From an uncultured Actinomycetes bacterium (lineage in GTDB: Bacteria > Actinomycetota > Actinomycetes > Jiangellales > Jiangellaceae): DNA of 64,000 bases. Under the pieces are notes generated by a model. It saw only the letters and a list, made by a program, of their open reading frames with translations, ran no database searches and was not told the DNA's origin. Position 1 is the first letter of the stretch, and each line of letters starts with the position of its first letter. The DNA lies in assembly GCA_964400785.1 (NCBI GenBank), contig CAYNWB010000004.1, positions 677 through 64,676 on the forward strand. The letters run 5' to 3'. Shown piece by piece: positions 14,819 through 24,438 of this stretch. A program made the translations under genes and the position numbers.

Positions 14819-15763
14819 TCATCGGCGAACCGGTGCGCCTCCCCAGGCGGTGAGCTGGTCGGCGGTCATCAGCCCGGTGCTGGTGCCGCGCAGCGTGCAG
14901 CACCAGCGAGCGGCCAGCTGCCCGCGATGCACCGCATCAGGCAGTGGCAGCCCGTCGAGCAGCAGCGCCGACCCGATCCCCACCGCGAGGCTGTCGCCGG
15001 CGCCGTTCGTGTCGAGCAGCGGCGCCTCGGCTCCGGTGGCCGGGTGCGGGGGCAGCCGAACGGGCGGCCAGGTCAGCAGTGGCCCGCCCTTCTCGACTGT
15101 CGCTGCCCCGCGGGCTCCCAGACCGATGACCACGACCGAGGCCGACCCGACCGACATCGCCCACCGGGCATAGGCCTCCGGGTCGTCCAGATCGGCTCCC
15201 GAGACGCAGAGGATGTCGGCGGCTCGCACGAAGTCGAGCCGGTAGTCGTCGTCGGGACCGGGTGCGTCCTGGACGTCCACCAGCACCGCCACCCCTGCGT
15301 GACGGGCCGGCTCGAGCAGGTGCCGGGCCCAGTCGGGGATGTTCACGTGCACCATGCGGGCCCCGGCCAGCAGCGGTGCCACGTCAGCCGGCGACGGAGG
15401 CTCGACTCCCTGCATGCGCGGGTCGTAGAAGTTGCGTCTCGACCCGGACGCCCCCATCACGTTGACGCTGTGCGCCGTCCGGCCGGACGTGACGCAGCCA
15501 CGCAGGTCGACCCCGTCGCCGTGCAGGGTCTCGCGGACGAGGGTGCCCTCGCCGTCGTCGCCGACGTGTCCCACGAACCCGGTCCGGTATCCCAGCGCGG
15601 CGTAGCCGCGGGCGGCGTAGCCCCCGCCGTGAGCCACCGTGTGACGGATCTCGGCGAGCGTGCCCTCACGAGGCCCGTCCCAGCGCCACTGCTGGGGCGG
15701 GTAGACGAGGGTGTCGACCCCGACCGACCCGACGACCAGCACGTCGAGCGCCGCGTCGCTCAT
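14819..15763 (-). CDS. PfkB family carbohydrate kinase
   Basis: ATG 15763 overlaps the upstream stop (ATGA). LDVLVVGSVGVDT at the N-terminus and the DTNGAGDSLAVG signature near the C-terminus. The longer track ORF (to 16075) runs antisense into the upstream gene. Confidence 0.8.
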   Translation of the reverse strand: MSDAALDVLVVGSVGVDTLVYPPQQWRWDGPREGTLAEIRHTVAHGGGYAARGYAALGYRTGFVGHVGDDGEGTLVRETLHGDGVDLRGCVTSGRTAHSVNVMGASGSRRNFYDPRMQGVEPPSPADVAPLLAGARMVHVNIPDWARHLLEPARHAGVAVLVDVQDAPGPDDDYRLDFVRAADILCVSGADLDDPEAYARWAMSVGSASVVVIGLGARGAATVEKGGPLLTWPPVRLPPHPATGAEAPLLDTNGAGDSLAVGIGSALLLDGLPLPDAVHRGQLAARWCCTLRGTSTGLMTADQLTAWGGAPVRR

Positions 15764-16419
15764 CGAGGTTTCGGAGTCGTGCCCGTGCCCGGCTCCGGGC
15801 GCTTCACCTCGATACCGCCCATGAGTGCCATACCCGTGACGCGCACGGTCACGCCCGCCTCCTGCGGCACGGTGTCGCGGGGCCCGTCGAAGCCACCCAT
15901 GATCCCGACCCCGTCGACCTGGACGGCGACGTCCGCAGGAGCCTTGATCTCGATACCACCCCAGAAGGCGACGGCCGTGATCGTCACCCGAGGCGACTCG
16001 AAACGCGCCTGCGTGAGGTCGAGCTCGACCCCGCCCATGACCGCTACCGCGGTGAACGACGGGGGCACGGTCCACACGCCCTTGCGCGATGCCCCTCCCA
16101 TGATCGCGATGGCCGACCCGGATGTGGCGAGCCCTCCCACCCGATCCAACGACCCGCCGGCGAGCGGCGCCGGAGCCGTCCCTGCCCGAGGGACGGGCAG
16201 CGCCGAGGTCGTGCCAGGAAGGTCGGCGACCAGGGGCTCGAGATCTCGGTAGGTGCGGGCCGCATAGGTGCGGTCGAGCCGGTCCGAGAGCTCGTCGAGG
16301 TCGATGCGGCCGTCGGCGAGGGCAGTTCGCAGCGCCTCGGCGACCCGCTCGCGGTCGGTGTCCGAGCAGCGCAGGTCGCGCGGGTCGGGCGGGGCACCCG
16401 CAGGCTCGACGTCACTCAC
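15760..16419 (-). CDS. DUF1707 domain protein with a LiaF-like beta-rich C-terminal region
   Basis: LRCSDTDRERVAEALRTALADGRIDLDELSDRLDRTYAARTYRDLEPLVADLP is the DUF1707 signature. It is followed by repeated MGG(V/I)E(L/I) strands. Confidence 0.75.
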   Translation of the reverse strand: MSDVEPAGAPPDPRDLRCSDTDRERVAEALRTALADGRIDLDELSDRLDRTYAARTYRDLEPLVADLPGTTSALPVPRAGTAPAPLAGGSLDRVGGLATSGSAIAIMGGASRKGVWTVPPSFTAVAVMGGVELDLTQARFESPRVTITAVAFWGGIEIKAPADVAVQVDGVGIMGGFDGPRDTVPQEAGVTVRVTGMALMGGIEVKRPEPGTGTTPKPR

Positions 16420-16482
16420 CCGGCAGACGCTACGCCGCTACGCTGGTCTCGCTATGGGCACCAACGACCTGCGCTGCTGACC

Positions 16483-16911
16483 GTGGGTTCCGACGAGGTG
16501 TCGGCAGACCTGGTGGTGTCGGCGTCGACGGTGATCCCCGAAGCCGAGCTGCGGTGGCGCTTCTCCCGGTCCTCCGGTCCTGGAGGGCAGGCGGTGAACA
16601 CGACGGACAGTCGCGTCGAGCTGGTCTGGGACGCCGGCGCATCGACGGTGCTGACGCCGGTGCAGCGCAGCCGGCTTCTCGCGCGCGTGCCCGACGGGAT
16701 GCTGCGGGTCGTCGCCTCCGAGCACCGGTCCCAGTGGCAGAACCGACGCGCGGCGAGGCAGCGGATGGCCGCCCTCGTGCGGGCCGCGACGGCGAAGCCG
16801 CCACCCGTCCGCCGTCCGACCAGGCCCAGTCGCTCGGCGGTCGAGCGACGGCTGGCGGCCAAGCACCGCCGGGGCGAGATCAAGAGGCAGCGCCGCACCC
16901 GTGACGAGTGA
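16483..16911 (+). CDS. arfB: Alternative ribosome-rescue factor ArfB (peptidyl-tRNA hydrolase, class I RF-like)
   Basis: SSGPGGQAVNTTDSRVEL contains the GGQ motif. Basic C-terminal tail RRLAAKHRRGEIKRQRR. Confidence 0.88.
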   Translation: MGSDEVSADLVVSASTVIPEAELRWRFSRSSGPGGQAVNTTDSRVELVWDAGASTVLTPVQRSRLLARVPDGMLRVVASEHRSQWQNRRAARQRMAALVRAATAKPPPVRRPTRPSRSAVERRLAAKHRRGEIKRQRRTRDE

Positions 16912-16936
16912 GGCCGGTGGGCTCAGCGCTACCTGG

Positions 16937-17236
16937 TCAGTGCGCGCCGTGCGACTCGGCGATCTCGTCGATGCGCGCAGCGAGGTCGAGGTCGAGCCGG
17001 GTGACACCACCCGCGTCGTGGGTCGACAGGGCGAAGCGCACACGACGCCACCGGATGTCGATGTCGGGGTGATGGTTGACCTGGTCGGCCACTGCGGCCA
17101 CGTCGTCGACGAGCCGAACCGCCGTAGCGAAGTCGGGCGCGGTCACGGTGCGTTCGATGCTGGTGGCGCTACCGGTCCAGGCCGGCATGGACTCCAGCGC
17201 CGTCGCCAGGGCAGCGGCGCTCAGCACGTCGTTCAT
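16937..17236 (-). CDS. 4a-hydroxytetrahydrobiopterin dehydratase (pterin-4-alpha-carbinolamine dehydratase)
   Basis: 99-aa product MNDVLS..FATAVRLVDDVAAVADQVNHHPDIDIRWRRVRFALSTHDAGGVT with the HHPD motif. It is the 3' part of a spurious 554-aa track ORF. Confidence 0.85.
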   Translation of the reverse strand: MNDVLSAAALATALESMPAWTGSATSIERTVTAPDFATAVRLVDDVAAVADQVNHHPDIDIRWRRVRFALSTHDAGGVTRLDLDLAARIDEIAESHGAH

Positions 17237-17308
17237 GGCGGCAACGGTCGCACGCCGCGACGCTCGCCGCGACCCGTGCAAGGCTGACGGCCGGACGGAA
17301 GGAACGGC

Positions 17309-18309
17309 ATGGGAGTGGTGGTCGGTGCCGCCATAGGTAGGGATGGTCTGCTGCTGGCTGCTCGCCGTTCTGCCCCCGCCGCCATGGCCGGCGGCTGGGA
17401 GTTCCCCGGGGGCAAGGTCGAGCCGGGCGAGACCGAGTCCGGCGCCCTCGTCCGTGAGTGCCGAGAAGAGCTGGGCGTGCAGATCAGCGTCGGGGAACGG
17501 GTGGGGCCGGACGCGGCGCTGCCCAACGGCTGGACGTTGAAGGTCTGGTTGGCCAGCCTGGAGCCCGACAGCGACGGGGTGGCGCCAGAACCCGAACCCC
17601 TGCAGGACCACGACCGGCTGGCCTGGGTCGCACCCGAGCAGCTCTCGAGCCTGGCGTGGCTGCCCGCCGACTGGCCGATCGTGCACGCGCTGGCCGAGGA
17701 GTTCGTGCGCCCCGAAGCACTCCCGGGTGGCCGGGTCGGGGGAGCGACCCGGGTCGGCGACACGGTCCGTCGCCCTGTCGGGCCCTGGACTGCTGCGGTG
17801 CACGACCTGATGCGGCATGTACGGGCGTATGGGGTGCCTGGCGTGCCCGAGCCGCTCGGGCACGACCAGTCGGGCCGTGAGGTGGTGCGCTTCGTGCCCG
17901 GGCACACCGTCGGTGATGCCGACCCGGTACCCGAGCCTTTCCGCACCGCTCGGCTCGCCGGGCAGGTCGGAGCGTGGCTGCGCAGCCTCCACGACGCCAG
18001 CGCATCGTTCCCGACCCACCCTCGGCAGTGGCGACGGGGCACGATCGCGCGGCGCCCCGGCCAGGTGGTCTGCCACAACGACGTCAGCGCGCACAACGTG
18101 GTGCTCGACGACGCCGGCTCGCTCGTCGCCGTCCTGGACTGGGACATGTGCGCACCGGGGGACCACCGTGACGACCTGGCGTTCGCCGCGTGGCAGTTCG
18201 TGCTGCGGCACGGGTGCACGCCGGCCGACGAGGCCGCTGGACCGAGGCCGGGATCGAGGCCCTGGCTCGGCGTCGATACGCTCTCGTCGAGCTGCTACGG
18301 CGGGCCTGA
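17309..18309 (+). CDS. NUDIX (MutT-like) hydrolase fused to an aminoglycoside-phosphotransferase-like kinase domain; 3' end unresolved (possible frameshift)
   Basis: Nudix box [30 protein letters not shown], then kinase motifs [14 protein letters not shown] and [20 protein letters not shown]. This frame has no stop until 19150, deep inside typA. An alternate frame ends with TGA at 18307-18309. Confidence 0.6.
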
Positions 18310-18350
18310 GCGGTCCTCGGCAGGGCCGGGCAGCCGTCACACTGGTGCGC

Positions 18351-20219
18351 ATGCCCCTGCGCACCGACCTTCGCAACGTCGCCATCGTGGCGCACGTCGA
18401 CCACGGAAAGACCACCCTGGTCGACGCCATGCTGTGGCAGTCGGGTGCGTTCCGGGCCAACCAGGACGTGGCCGACCGCGTCATGGACTCCGGGGACCTC
18501 GAGCGCGAGAAGGGCATCACGATCCTGGCCAAGAACACCGCGGTGCGCTGGCACCGCGGCACGGCCGAGCACGCACCGGTGACCATCAACATCGTCGACA
18601 CCCCCGGTCACGCCGACTTCGGCGGAGAGGTCGAGCGCGGTCTGTCGATGGTCGACGGCATCGTGCTGCTCGTCGACGCCAGCGAGGGCCCGCTGCCGCA
18701 GACACGGTTCGTGCTGCGCAAGGCGCTGGAGGCGGACCTGCCGATCGTGGTGTGCGTGAACAAGACCGACCGCGCCGACGCACGCATCGCGACCGTGGTC
18801 GACGAGGTGTACGAGCTGTTCCTCGACCTCGACGCCAGCGAGCGGCAGATCGAGTTTCCCGTCGTGTACGCCGCGGCTCGGGCGGGCAAGGCCTCGCTCA
18901 CCCAGCCCGCCGACGGCCACGAGCCGGAGGCCGACGACCTCACCGCGCTCATGGACACGATCCTGGCCACGGTGCCGGCACCCTCCTACGAGCAGGGCGC
19001 GCCGCTGCAGGCGCACGTCACCAACCTCGACGCCAGCCCGTTCCTCGGGCGGCTCGCGCTGTGCCGCATCCACCAGGGCACCTTGCGCAAGGGCCAGCAG
19101 GTGGCCTGGTGCCGTACCGACGGCAGTGTCAGCCAGGTGAGGATCGGTGACCTGCTGATCACCGAGGCGCTCGACCGGGTACCTGCCGAGACCGCCGGCC
19201 CGGGCGACATCATCGCGGTCGCGGGTATCCCTGAGATCACCATCGGCGAGACGCTGACCGACCCGGCGGACCCCCGGCCGCTGCCGCTCATCACCGTGGA
19301 CGAACCGGCCCTGTCGATGGTCGTCGGCATCAACACCTCGCCGCTGGCCGGTCGGTCCGGAGGCACGAAGCTCACCGCACGACTCGTCAAGGAGAGGCTG
19401 GAGCGGGAGCTCGTCGGCAACGTGTCGCTGCGCGTGCTGCCCACCGAGCGTCCCGACTCGTGGGAGGTGCAGGGACGCGGCGAGCTGGCGCTCGCCGTGC
19501 TCGTCGAGACGATGCGGCGGGAGGGCTTCGAGCTCACCGTCGGCAAGCCGCAGGTGGTGACGCGAGAGATCGACGGGCGCGTGCACGAGCCGGTCGAGCG
19601 GCTGACGATCGATGCTCCGGAGGAGTACCTCGGGGCCCTCACCCAGCTGCTCGCCTCGCGCAAGGGCCGGATGGAGCAGATGGTCAACCACGGCACCGGA
19701 TGGGTGCGCATGGAGTACCTGGTGCCTGCCCGTGGCCTGATCGGCTTTCGCACCCAGTTCCTGACCGAGACCCGAGGCACGGGTCTGGCCCACCAGGTGT
19801 TCGAGCGCTACGAGCCGTGGTTCGGGGCGCTGCTCACCCGTCCGACCGGGTCGTTGGTGGCCGACCGGGCGGGCCAGGCGACCTCGTTCGCGATGTTCAA
19901 CCTGCAGGAGCGGGGCACGCTGTTCGTCGAGCCCGGCACCGAGGTGTACGAGGGCATGATCGTGGGGGAGAACTCGCGAGCCGACGACATGGACGTCAAC
20001 ATCACCAAGGAACGCAAGCTCACCAACGTGAGGTCGTCGACCGCCGACGAGCTGGAGCGTCTGGTTCCGCCGCGGGTGCTGTCGCTGGAGCAGGCCCTGG
20101 AGTTCTGCCGGGACTCCGAGTGCGTCGAGGTGACCCCGAAGGCGGTCCGGCTGCGCGCGGTGACGCTGTCGGCCACGGAACGAGGCCGCCAGGCCGCCCG
20201 CCGCAAGCACGAGACGTAG
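18351..20219 (+). CDS. typA: Translational GTPase TypA/BipA
   Basis: [42 protein letters not shown] and NKTDR G-motifs. 622 aa, EF-G-like domain order. Confidence 0.95.
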   Translation: MPLRTDLRNVAIVAHVDHGKTTLVDAMLWQSGAFRANQDVADRVMDSGDLEREKGITILAKNTAVRWHRGTAEHAPVTINIVDTPGHADFGGEVERGLSMVDGIVLLVDASEGPLPQTRFVLRKALEADLPIVVCVNKTDRADARIATVVDEVYELFLDLDASERQIEFPVVYAAARAGKASLTQPADGHEPEADDLTALMDTILATVPAPSYEQGAPLQAHVTNLDASPFLGRLALCRIHQGTLRKGQQVAWCRTDGSVSQVRIGDLLITEALDRVPAETAGPGDIIAVAGIPEITIGETLTDPADPRPLPLITVDEPALSMVVGINTSPLAGRSGGTKLTARLVKERLERELVGNVSLRVLPTERPDSWEVQGRGELALAVLVETMRREGFELTVGKPQVVTREIDGRVHEPVERLTIDAPEEYLGALTQLLASRKGRMEQMVNHGTGWVRMEYLVPARGLIGFRTQFLTETRGTGLAHQVFERYEPWFGALLTRPTGSLVADRAGQATSFAMFNLQERGTLFVEPGTEVYEGMIVGENSRADDMDVNITKERKLTNVRSSTADELERLVPPRVLSLEQALEFCRDSECVEVTPKAVRLRAVTLSATERGRQAARRKHET

Positions 20220-20412
20220 AGCTGCGGACGTTTCGGCGACGTTGCCGAGATCGGGGCCGGATTCCGGCGAGGTTGCCGATCGATCACGATTCGGACACGG
20301 AGCCCCGCGCAGTTTGGGAACGTCGCGAGCGCTGACGTACATTCCCAACGTTGCCACCGGTCCAACGCGTGGTGAACACTCATCAGTCCCCGACTCGGGA
20401 GTACCCACACGC

Positions 20413-21396
20413 ATGGCTGTCGGCACCGTGGAGACGTCTGAGCAGACGTCGACGGAGCAGACTGCGGTGGTCGGCCGCTCGCTGCGGGCGATCGTCTGGG
20501 GACGGCTCAAGCGGGACCGGACGGCGATGATCTCGCTGCTGGGGCTCTCGCTCATCCTGCTCACAGCACTCTTCGCCCCCCTGATCACTCGGCTGATCGG
20601 CGTCGACCCCTACTCGTTCAACCCCGACCAGCTGAGCTCGGCCGGCTCGCTGCCGCTGGGCAACTGGGGCGGGATCAGCTGGCAGCACCCCCTCGGGGTC
20701 GAGCCCCAGACCGGTCGGGACATCCTGGCCCGCCTGCTCTACGGCGCTCGCCTGTCGCTGTTCATCACGCTGACGGCGACGGTGTTCACGATCGTGATCG
20801 GCACGCTCGCGGGCATCCTGGCCGGCTACCGGGGTGGCTGGATCGACACCGTGATCAGCCGCCTGTCCGACCTCACCCTGGTGTTCCCGGTGCTCGTGCT
20901 GCTCATCGCGCTCGGCCCGGTCGCCCAGCAGATCGCCAGCGACGCGGGGCTCGACCCGAACACCGGCCGGGTGACCTTCATCATCCTCGTCCTGGGCCTG
21001 TTCGGATGGCCGTACCTCGGCCGTCTCGTTCGCGGCCAGGTGCTGAGCCTGCGGGAGCGTGAGTTCGTCGAGGCCGCCGAGTCGTTGGGCGCCAAGAACA
21101 GCCGGGTGCTGTTCGCCGAGATCCTGCCCAACCTCATCGCGCCGATCATCGTCGTGATGTCGATCCTGCTGCCGAGCTTCATCATCACCGAGGCGACGCT
21201 GTCGTTCCTCGGCGTCGGCGTGCTGCCCCCCACTCCGACGTGGGGCAACATGCTGGAGGACTCCGTGAAGTTCTTCACCGTCGTCCCCACCTACATGTTC
21301 ATCCCCGGCACTGCCCTGCTGATCACGGTGCTGCTGTTCAACCTGCTGGGGGACTCGATCCGCGACGCCGTGGACCCGAGGGCCGGACGTGTGTGA
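20413..21396 (+). CDS. Peptide ABC transporter permease (OppC/DppC type)
   Basis: ATG 20413 chosen over the track start 20242. TM-rich, with the EAA-loop region EFVEAAESLGAKNSRVLFAEILPN. Confidence 0.85.
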   Translation: MAVGTVETSEQTSTEQTAVVGRSLRAIVWGRLKRDRTAMISLLGLSLILLTALFAPLITRLIGVDPYSFNPDQLSSAGSLPLGNWGGISWQHPLGVEPQTGRDILARLLYGARLSLFITLTATVFTIVIGTLAGILAGYRGGWIDTVISRLSDLTLVFPVLVLLIALGPVAQQIASDAGLDPNTGRVTFIILVLGLFGWPYLGRLVRGQVLSLREREFVEAAESLGAKNSRVLFAEILPNLIAPIIVVMSILLPSFIITEATLSFLGVGVLPPTPTWGNMLEDSVKFFTVVPTYMFIPGTALLITVLLFNLLGDSIRDAVDPRAGRV

Positions 21397-21528
21397 CAGC
21401 GACCCACACCCGACGGGGTGACACAGACTTCCCGGTGCCTGACAGGGGCGCCGGGGCGAGCCCGCCGAACCAGGCGGGCGGCCTAGGGATCTGGGCACAG
21501 GGCCCAGGACCAGACCAGGAGGAATCAC

Positions 21529-23286
21529 ATGGCTAAGACCACATGGGGTCTGCGCGCTGTGGTTCTCGCTGCCAGCGGCGCGCTTGTGCTCGCCGCCTGT
21601 GGTGGCGGGGACGACACCGGCGGATCCTCGGGGAGTGGCAACGAGGAGGGCGCCCAGGGCGGCACCCTGTACTACCTCGACATCTCCGAGCAGGTGCAGC
21701 ACCTCGACCCGCAGCGCAACTACACCGGTGAGGACCTGGCGTTCGCCGGGTCGTTCCTGCACCGCACGCTGACGACCTACAAGTTCAGCCCGGACCCCGC
21801 AGAGGCCAACGAGCTGGTCGCCGACCTGGCCACCGACACGGGTACCCCGAACGATGACGCCACCGAGTGGCAGTTCACCCTGCGCGAGGACGCGACGTGG
21901 GAGGACGGCTCGCCGGTGACCTGCGAGGAGGTCGCCTACGGCGTCTCCCGCACGTTCGCCCAGGACGTCATCACCGACGGCCCCCAGTTCGCCGTGTCGC
22001 TGCTCGACATCCCCACCGACGACGAGGGCGCCTCGCAGTACAAGGGCCCCTTCACCGGCGAGGGCCAGGAGCTCTTCGACGAGGCGGTGTCGTGTGACGG
22101 CCAGACCATCACGTTCAAGCTGAACAAGACGGTCGCCGACTTCAACTACACCGTGACGCTGCTGGCGTTCAGCCCGGTCAAGCCCGACGCCGACACCGGT
22201 GAGCAGTACACCGACGCGCCGCTGTCGAACGGTCCGTACAAGATCGATGAGTACACCAAGGGCCAGCAGCTCGTGCTCACGCGCAACGAGAACTGGGACC
22301 CGGAGTCCGACCCGATCCGTCCGGCCTACCCCGACCAGATCATCTGGCAGTTCGCGCTCGACGAGAACGCGATCGACCAGCGTCTGATCGCCGACTCCGG
22401 TGACGACCAGTTCGCGGTGGCGCTGGGCATCCAGCCGGCCAACAAGCCGCAGGTGCTCGCCGACGACCCGCGGTTCAACGACCGCACGTGGGACGAGTTC
22501 GACCCCTACAGCCGCTACATCGCCATCAACACCCGGCTGGTGCCGAACCTCCAGCACCGTCAGGCGATCCTCGCGGCCATGAACCGGGAGAACATCCTCA
22601 CCGTGCTCGGTGGCGAGTTCGCCGGCACCGAGGGCGACGGCATCATCAAGCCGAACCTGGCGCTCGACTACGCCCCCACCGGGCTGTGGGAGGGGCTGCT
22701 GGGCGAGGAGATCCCGCCGCAGGGCAACCCCGAGTTCGCCCAGCAGCTGATCGAGGAGTCCGGTGAGCCCATGCCTGAGCTCATCTACGACTACCCCGAG
22801 ACCGAGACCCGCGGCAAGGAGGCCGCTGCGTTCATCGAGGCCATGGAGGCCGCTGGCATCTCCGTGACCCCGAACCCGATCGAGTCCGGCATCTACTACG
22901 GCACGGTGCTCGACCAGGAGGCGCAGAACCACCTGTCCTGGGGCGGCTGGGGTCCGGACTGGGCCAACGCCTCCACCGTCATCCCCGAGCTCTACGGCGC
23001 ACAGGGTGGCTTCAACCTGTCGCAGTACAACCAGGGTGGTGTCGAGGACGCCGAGTACGAGGCGCAGATCCAGGACGCGCTGGCGACGACCGACCGCGCG
23101 GAGCAGGCCACGAAGTGGCAGGAGCTGAACACCCGGGGCAGCGAGCTCGCCCTGGTGGCTCCGACCCAGTTCGGCCGCGACCAGCGCATCTGGGGCTCCG
23201 GCCTGGGCAACGTCTACTTCTGGGCGCCCTACGGCTCGTACCCCTACGCGGAGATCTTCATCAAGGGTGCCGGCTCGGAGGAGTAA
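21529..23286 (+). CDS. ABC transporter substrate-binding lipoprotein, family 5 (peptide/nickel)
   Basis: AGGAGGA SD. Lipobox LVLAACGGGDD. About 585 aa, typical of cluster C SBPs (YKIDEYTKGQQLVLTRNENW). Confidence 0.88.
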   Translation: MAKTTWGLRAVVLAASGALVLAACGGGDDTGGSSGSGNEEGAQGGTLYYLDISEQVQHLDPQRNYTGEDLAFAGSFLHRTLTTYKFSPDPAEANELVADLATDTGTPNDDATEWQFTLREDATWEDGSPVTCEEVAYGVSRTFAQDVITDGPQFAVSLLDIPTDDEGASQYKGPFTGEGQELFDEAVSCDGQTITFKLNKTVADFNYTVTLLAFSPVKPDADTGEQYTDAPLSNGPYKIDEYTKGQQLVLTRNENWDPESDPIRPAYPDQIIWQFALDENAIDQRLIADSGDDQFAVALGIQPANKPQVLADDPRFNDRTWDEFDPYSRYIAINTRLVPNLQHRQAILAAMNRENILTVLGGEFAGTEGDGIIKPNLALDYAPTGLWEGLLGEEIPPQGNPEFAQQLIEESGEPMPELIYDYPETETRGKEAAAFIEAMEAAGISVTPNPIESGIYYGTVLDQEAQNHLSWGGWGPDWANASTVIPELYGAQGGFNLSQYNQGGVEDAEYEAQIQDALATTDRAEQATKWQELNTRGSELALVAPTQFGRDQRIWGSGLGNVYFWAPYGSYPYAEIFIKGAGSEE

Positions 23287-23321
23287 GACCTCCCCGCCTC
23301 ACCTGAGGATCACGTCGTGAC

Positions 23322-23359
23322 GCGGGGTCGGGCAACCCGACAAGGTTGCCCGACCCCGC
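23322..23359 (+). promoter_or_regulatory. Intra-operon perfect 16-bp stem-loop downstream of the SBP gene
   Basis: GCGGGGTCGGGCAACC (23322-23337), 6-nt loop cgacaa, GGTTGCCCGACCCCGC (23344-23359). No U-tract follows. Confidence 0.6.
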
Positions 23360-23448
23360 CACTCCGCCGCTCCGCCACTCCTTCCCCCCCGTCCACCCCC
23401 TCGGCTGTGACAGGCTGACCCGACCCGCGAACACGAGAGGCCGTAGAC

Positions 23449-24438
23449 ATGGGCGCATACATCGCACGGCGGCTGTTCACCGTCGCGTGGATGCTGGTGC
23501 TGCTGAGCATGCTCGTGTTCGTGCTGTTCAACGCAGTGCCCGCCGACCCGGCCGCACTGACCTGCGGAAAGGCCTGCAACGAGCAGGTGATCGAGGCGAA
23601 CCGGGAGCGCCTGGGCCTCGACAAGCCCCTCACCGAGCAGTACACCGACTGGGTCAAGGGCATCTTCGTCGGGCGCACCTACGGCTCGGGCAGCGCGTCC
23701 TTCGAGTGCGAGGCGCCGTGCCTCGGCTACTCGTTCCTCAAGCGTGAGCCCGTCACCGACCTGCTCGTCGACCGTTTTCCCATCACCGGGTCCATAGCCA
23801 TCGGCGCCGTCGTGCTGTGGCTGGTGATCGGCATCACCTCTGGCATCTTCGCCGCCTTACGACGCGGGCAGTGGCAGGACAAGACGATCACTGCGATCGC
23901 CATGTTCTTCTACTCGTTCCCGTCCTTCTTCTTCGGCCTCGTGCTGCTGTTCTTCGTCGTCATCAGATGGGGCCTGGTGCCCTATCCCAGCTGGACTCCG
24001 TTCACCGAGGACCCGTGGCGGTGGTTCCAGACGATGATCCTGCCGTGGATCACGATCGCGCTGCTCTCGGCCGGCTTCTACACCCGGCTCACGCGCAGCC
24101 AGATGCTCGAGACCCTCGGCGAGGACTACATCCGCACCGCCCGCTCCAAGGGCCTGCAGGAGCGCACGGTGATCCGCAAGCACGCCCTGCGCGCGGGCCT
24201 CACCCCGATCGTCACGGCAACGGGGCTCGACCTGGCCTTTCTTCTCGGCGGCGCCATCGTCGCCGAGGTGATCTTCACCCTGCCGGGCATCGGCAAGCTC
24301 TTCCTGGAGTCGGCCACGAACCTCGACCTGCCGGTGCTCGCGGCGACGACACTCATCTCCGGGGTCTTCATCCTGTTCGCCAACCTCGTCGTCGACCTGC
24401 TGTACGGCGTGATCGACCCACGGGTGAGGCTCTCGTGA
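23449..24438 (+). CDS. Peptide ABC transporter permease (OppB/DppB type)
   Basis: [27 protein letters not shown] start and the EAA loop [22 protein letters not shown]. Confidence 0.88.
   Translation: MGAYIARRLFTVAWMLVLLSMLVFVLFNAVPADPAALTCGKACNEQVIEANRERLGLDKPLTEQYTDWVKGIFVGRTYGSGSASFECEAPCLGYSFLKREPVTDLLVDRFPITGSIAIGAVVLWLVIGITSGIFAALRRGQWQDKTITAIAMFFYSFPSFFFGLVLLFFVVIRWGLVPYPSWTPFTEDPWRWFQTMILPWITIALLSAGFYTRLTRSQMLETLGEDYIRTARSKGLQERTVIRKHALRAGLTPIVTATGLDLAFLLGGAIVAEVIFTLPGIGKLFLESATNLDLPVLAATTLISGVFILFANLVVDLLYGVIDPRVRLS

Noticed and set aside
20383-22932. 849-aa minus-strand ORF, together with similar giant ORFs at 25247..28015 (-), 18084..20588 (-), 6129..8165 (+), 42544..44346 (-) and 30010..31884 (-)
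   Set aside because: All lie antisense to, or out of frame with, genes that carry clear family motifs (Opp components, typA, S9 peptidase, RNB, VanW). Their translations are Arg/Gly/Pro/Ala/His-rich low-complexity sequence with no motifs. Long stop-free alternate frames are expected in DNA this GC-rich.
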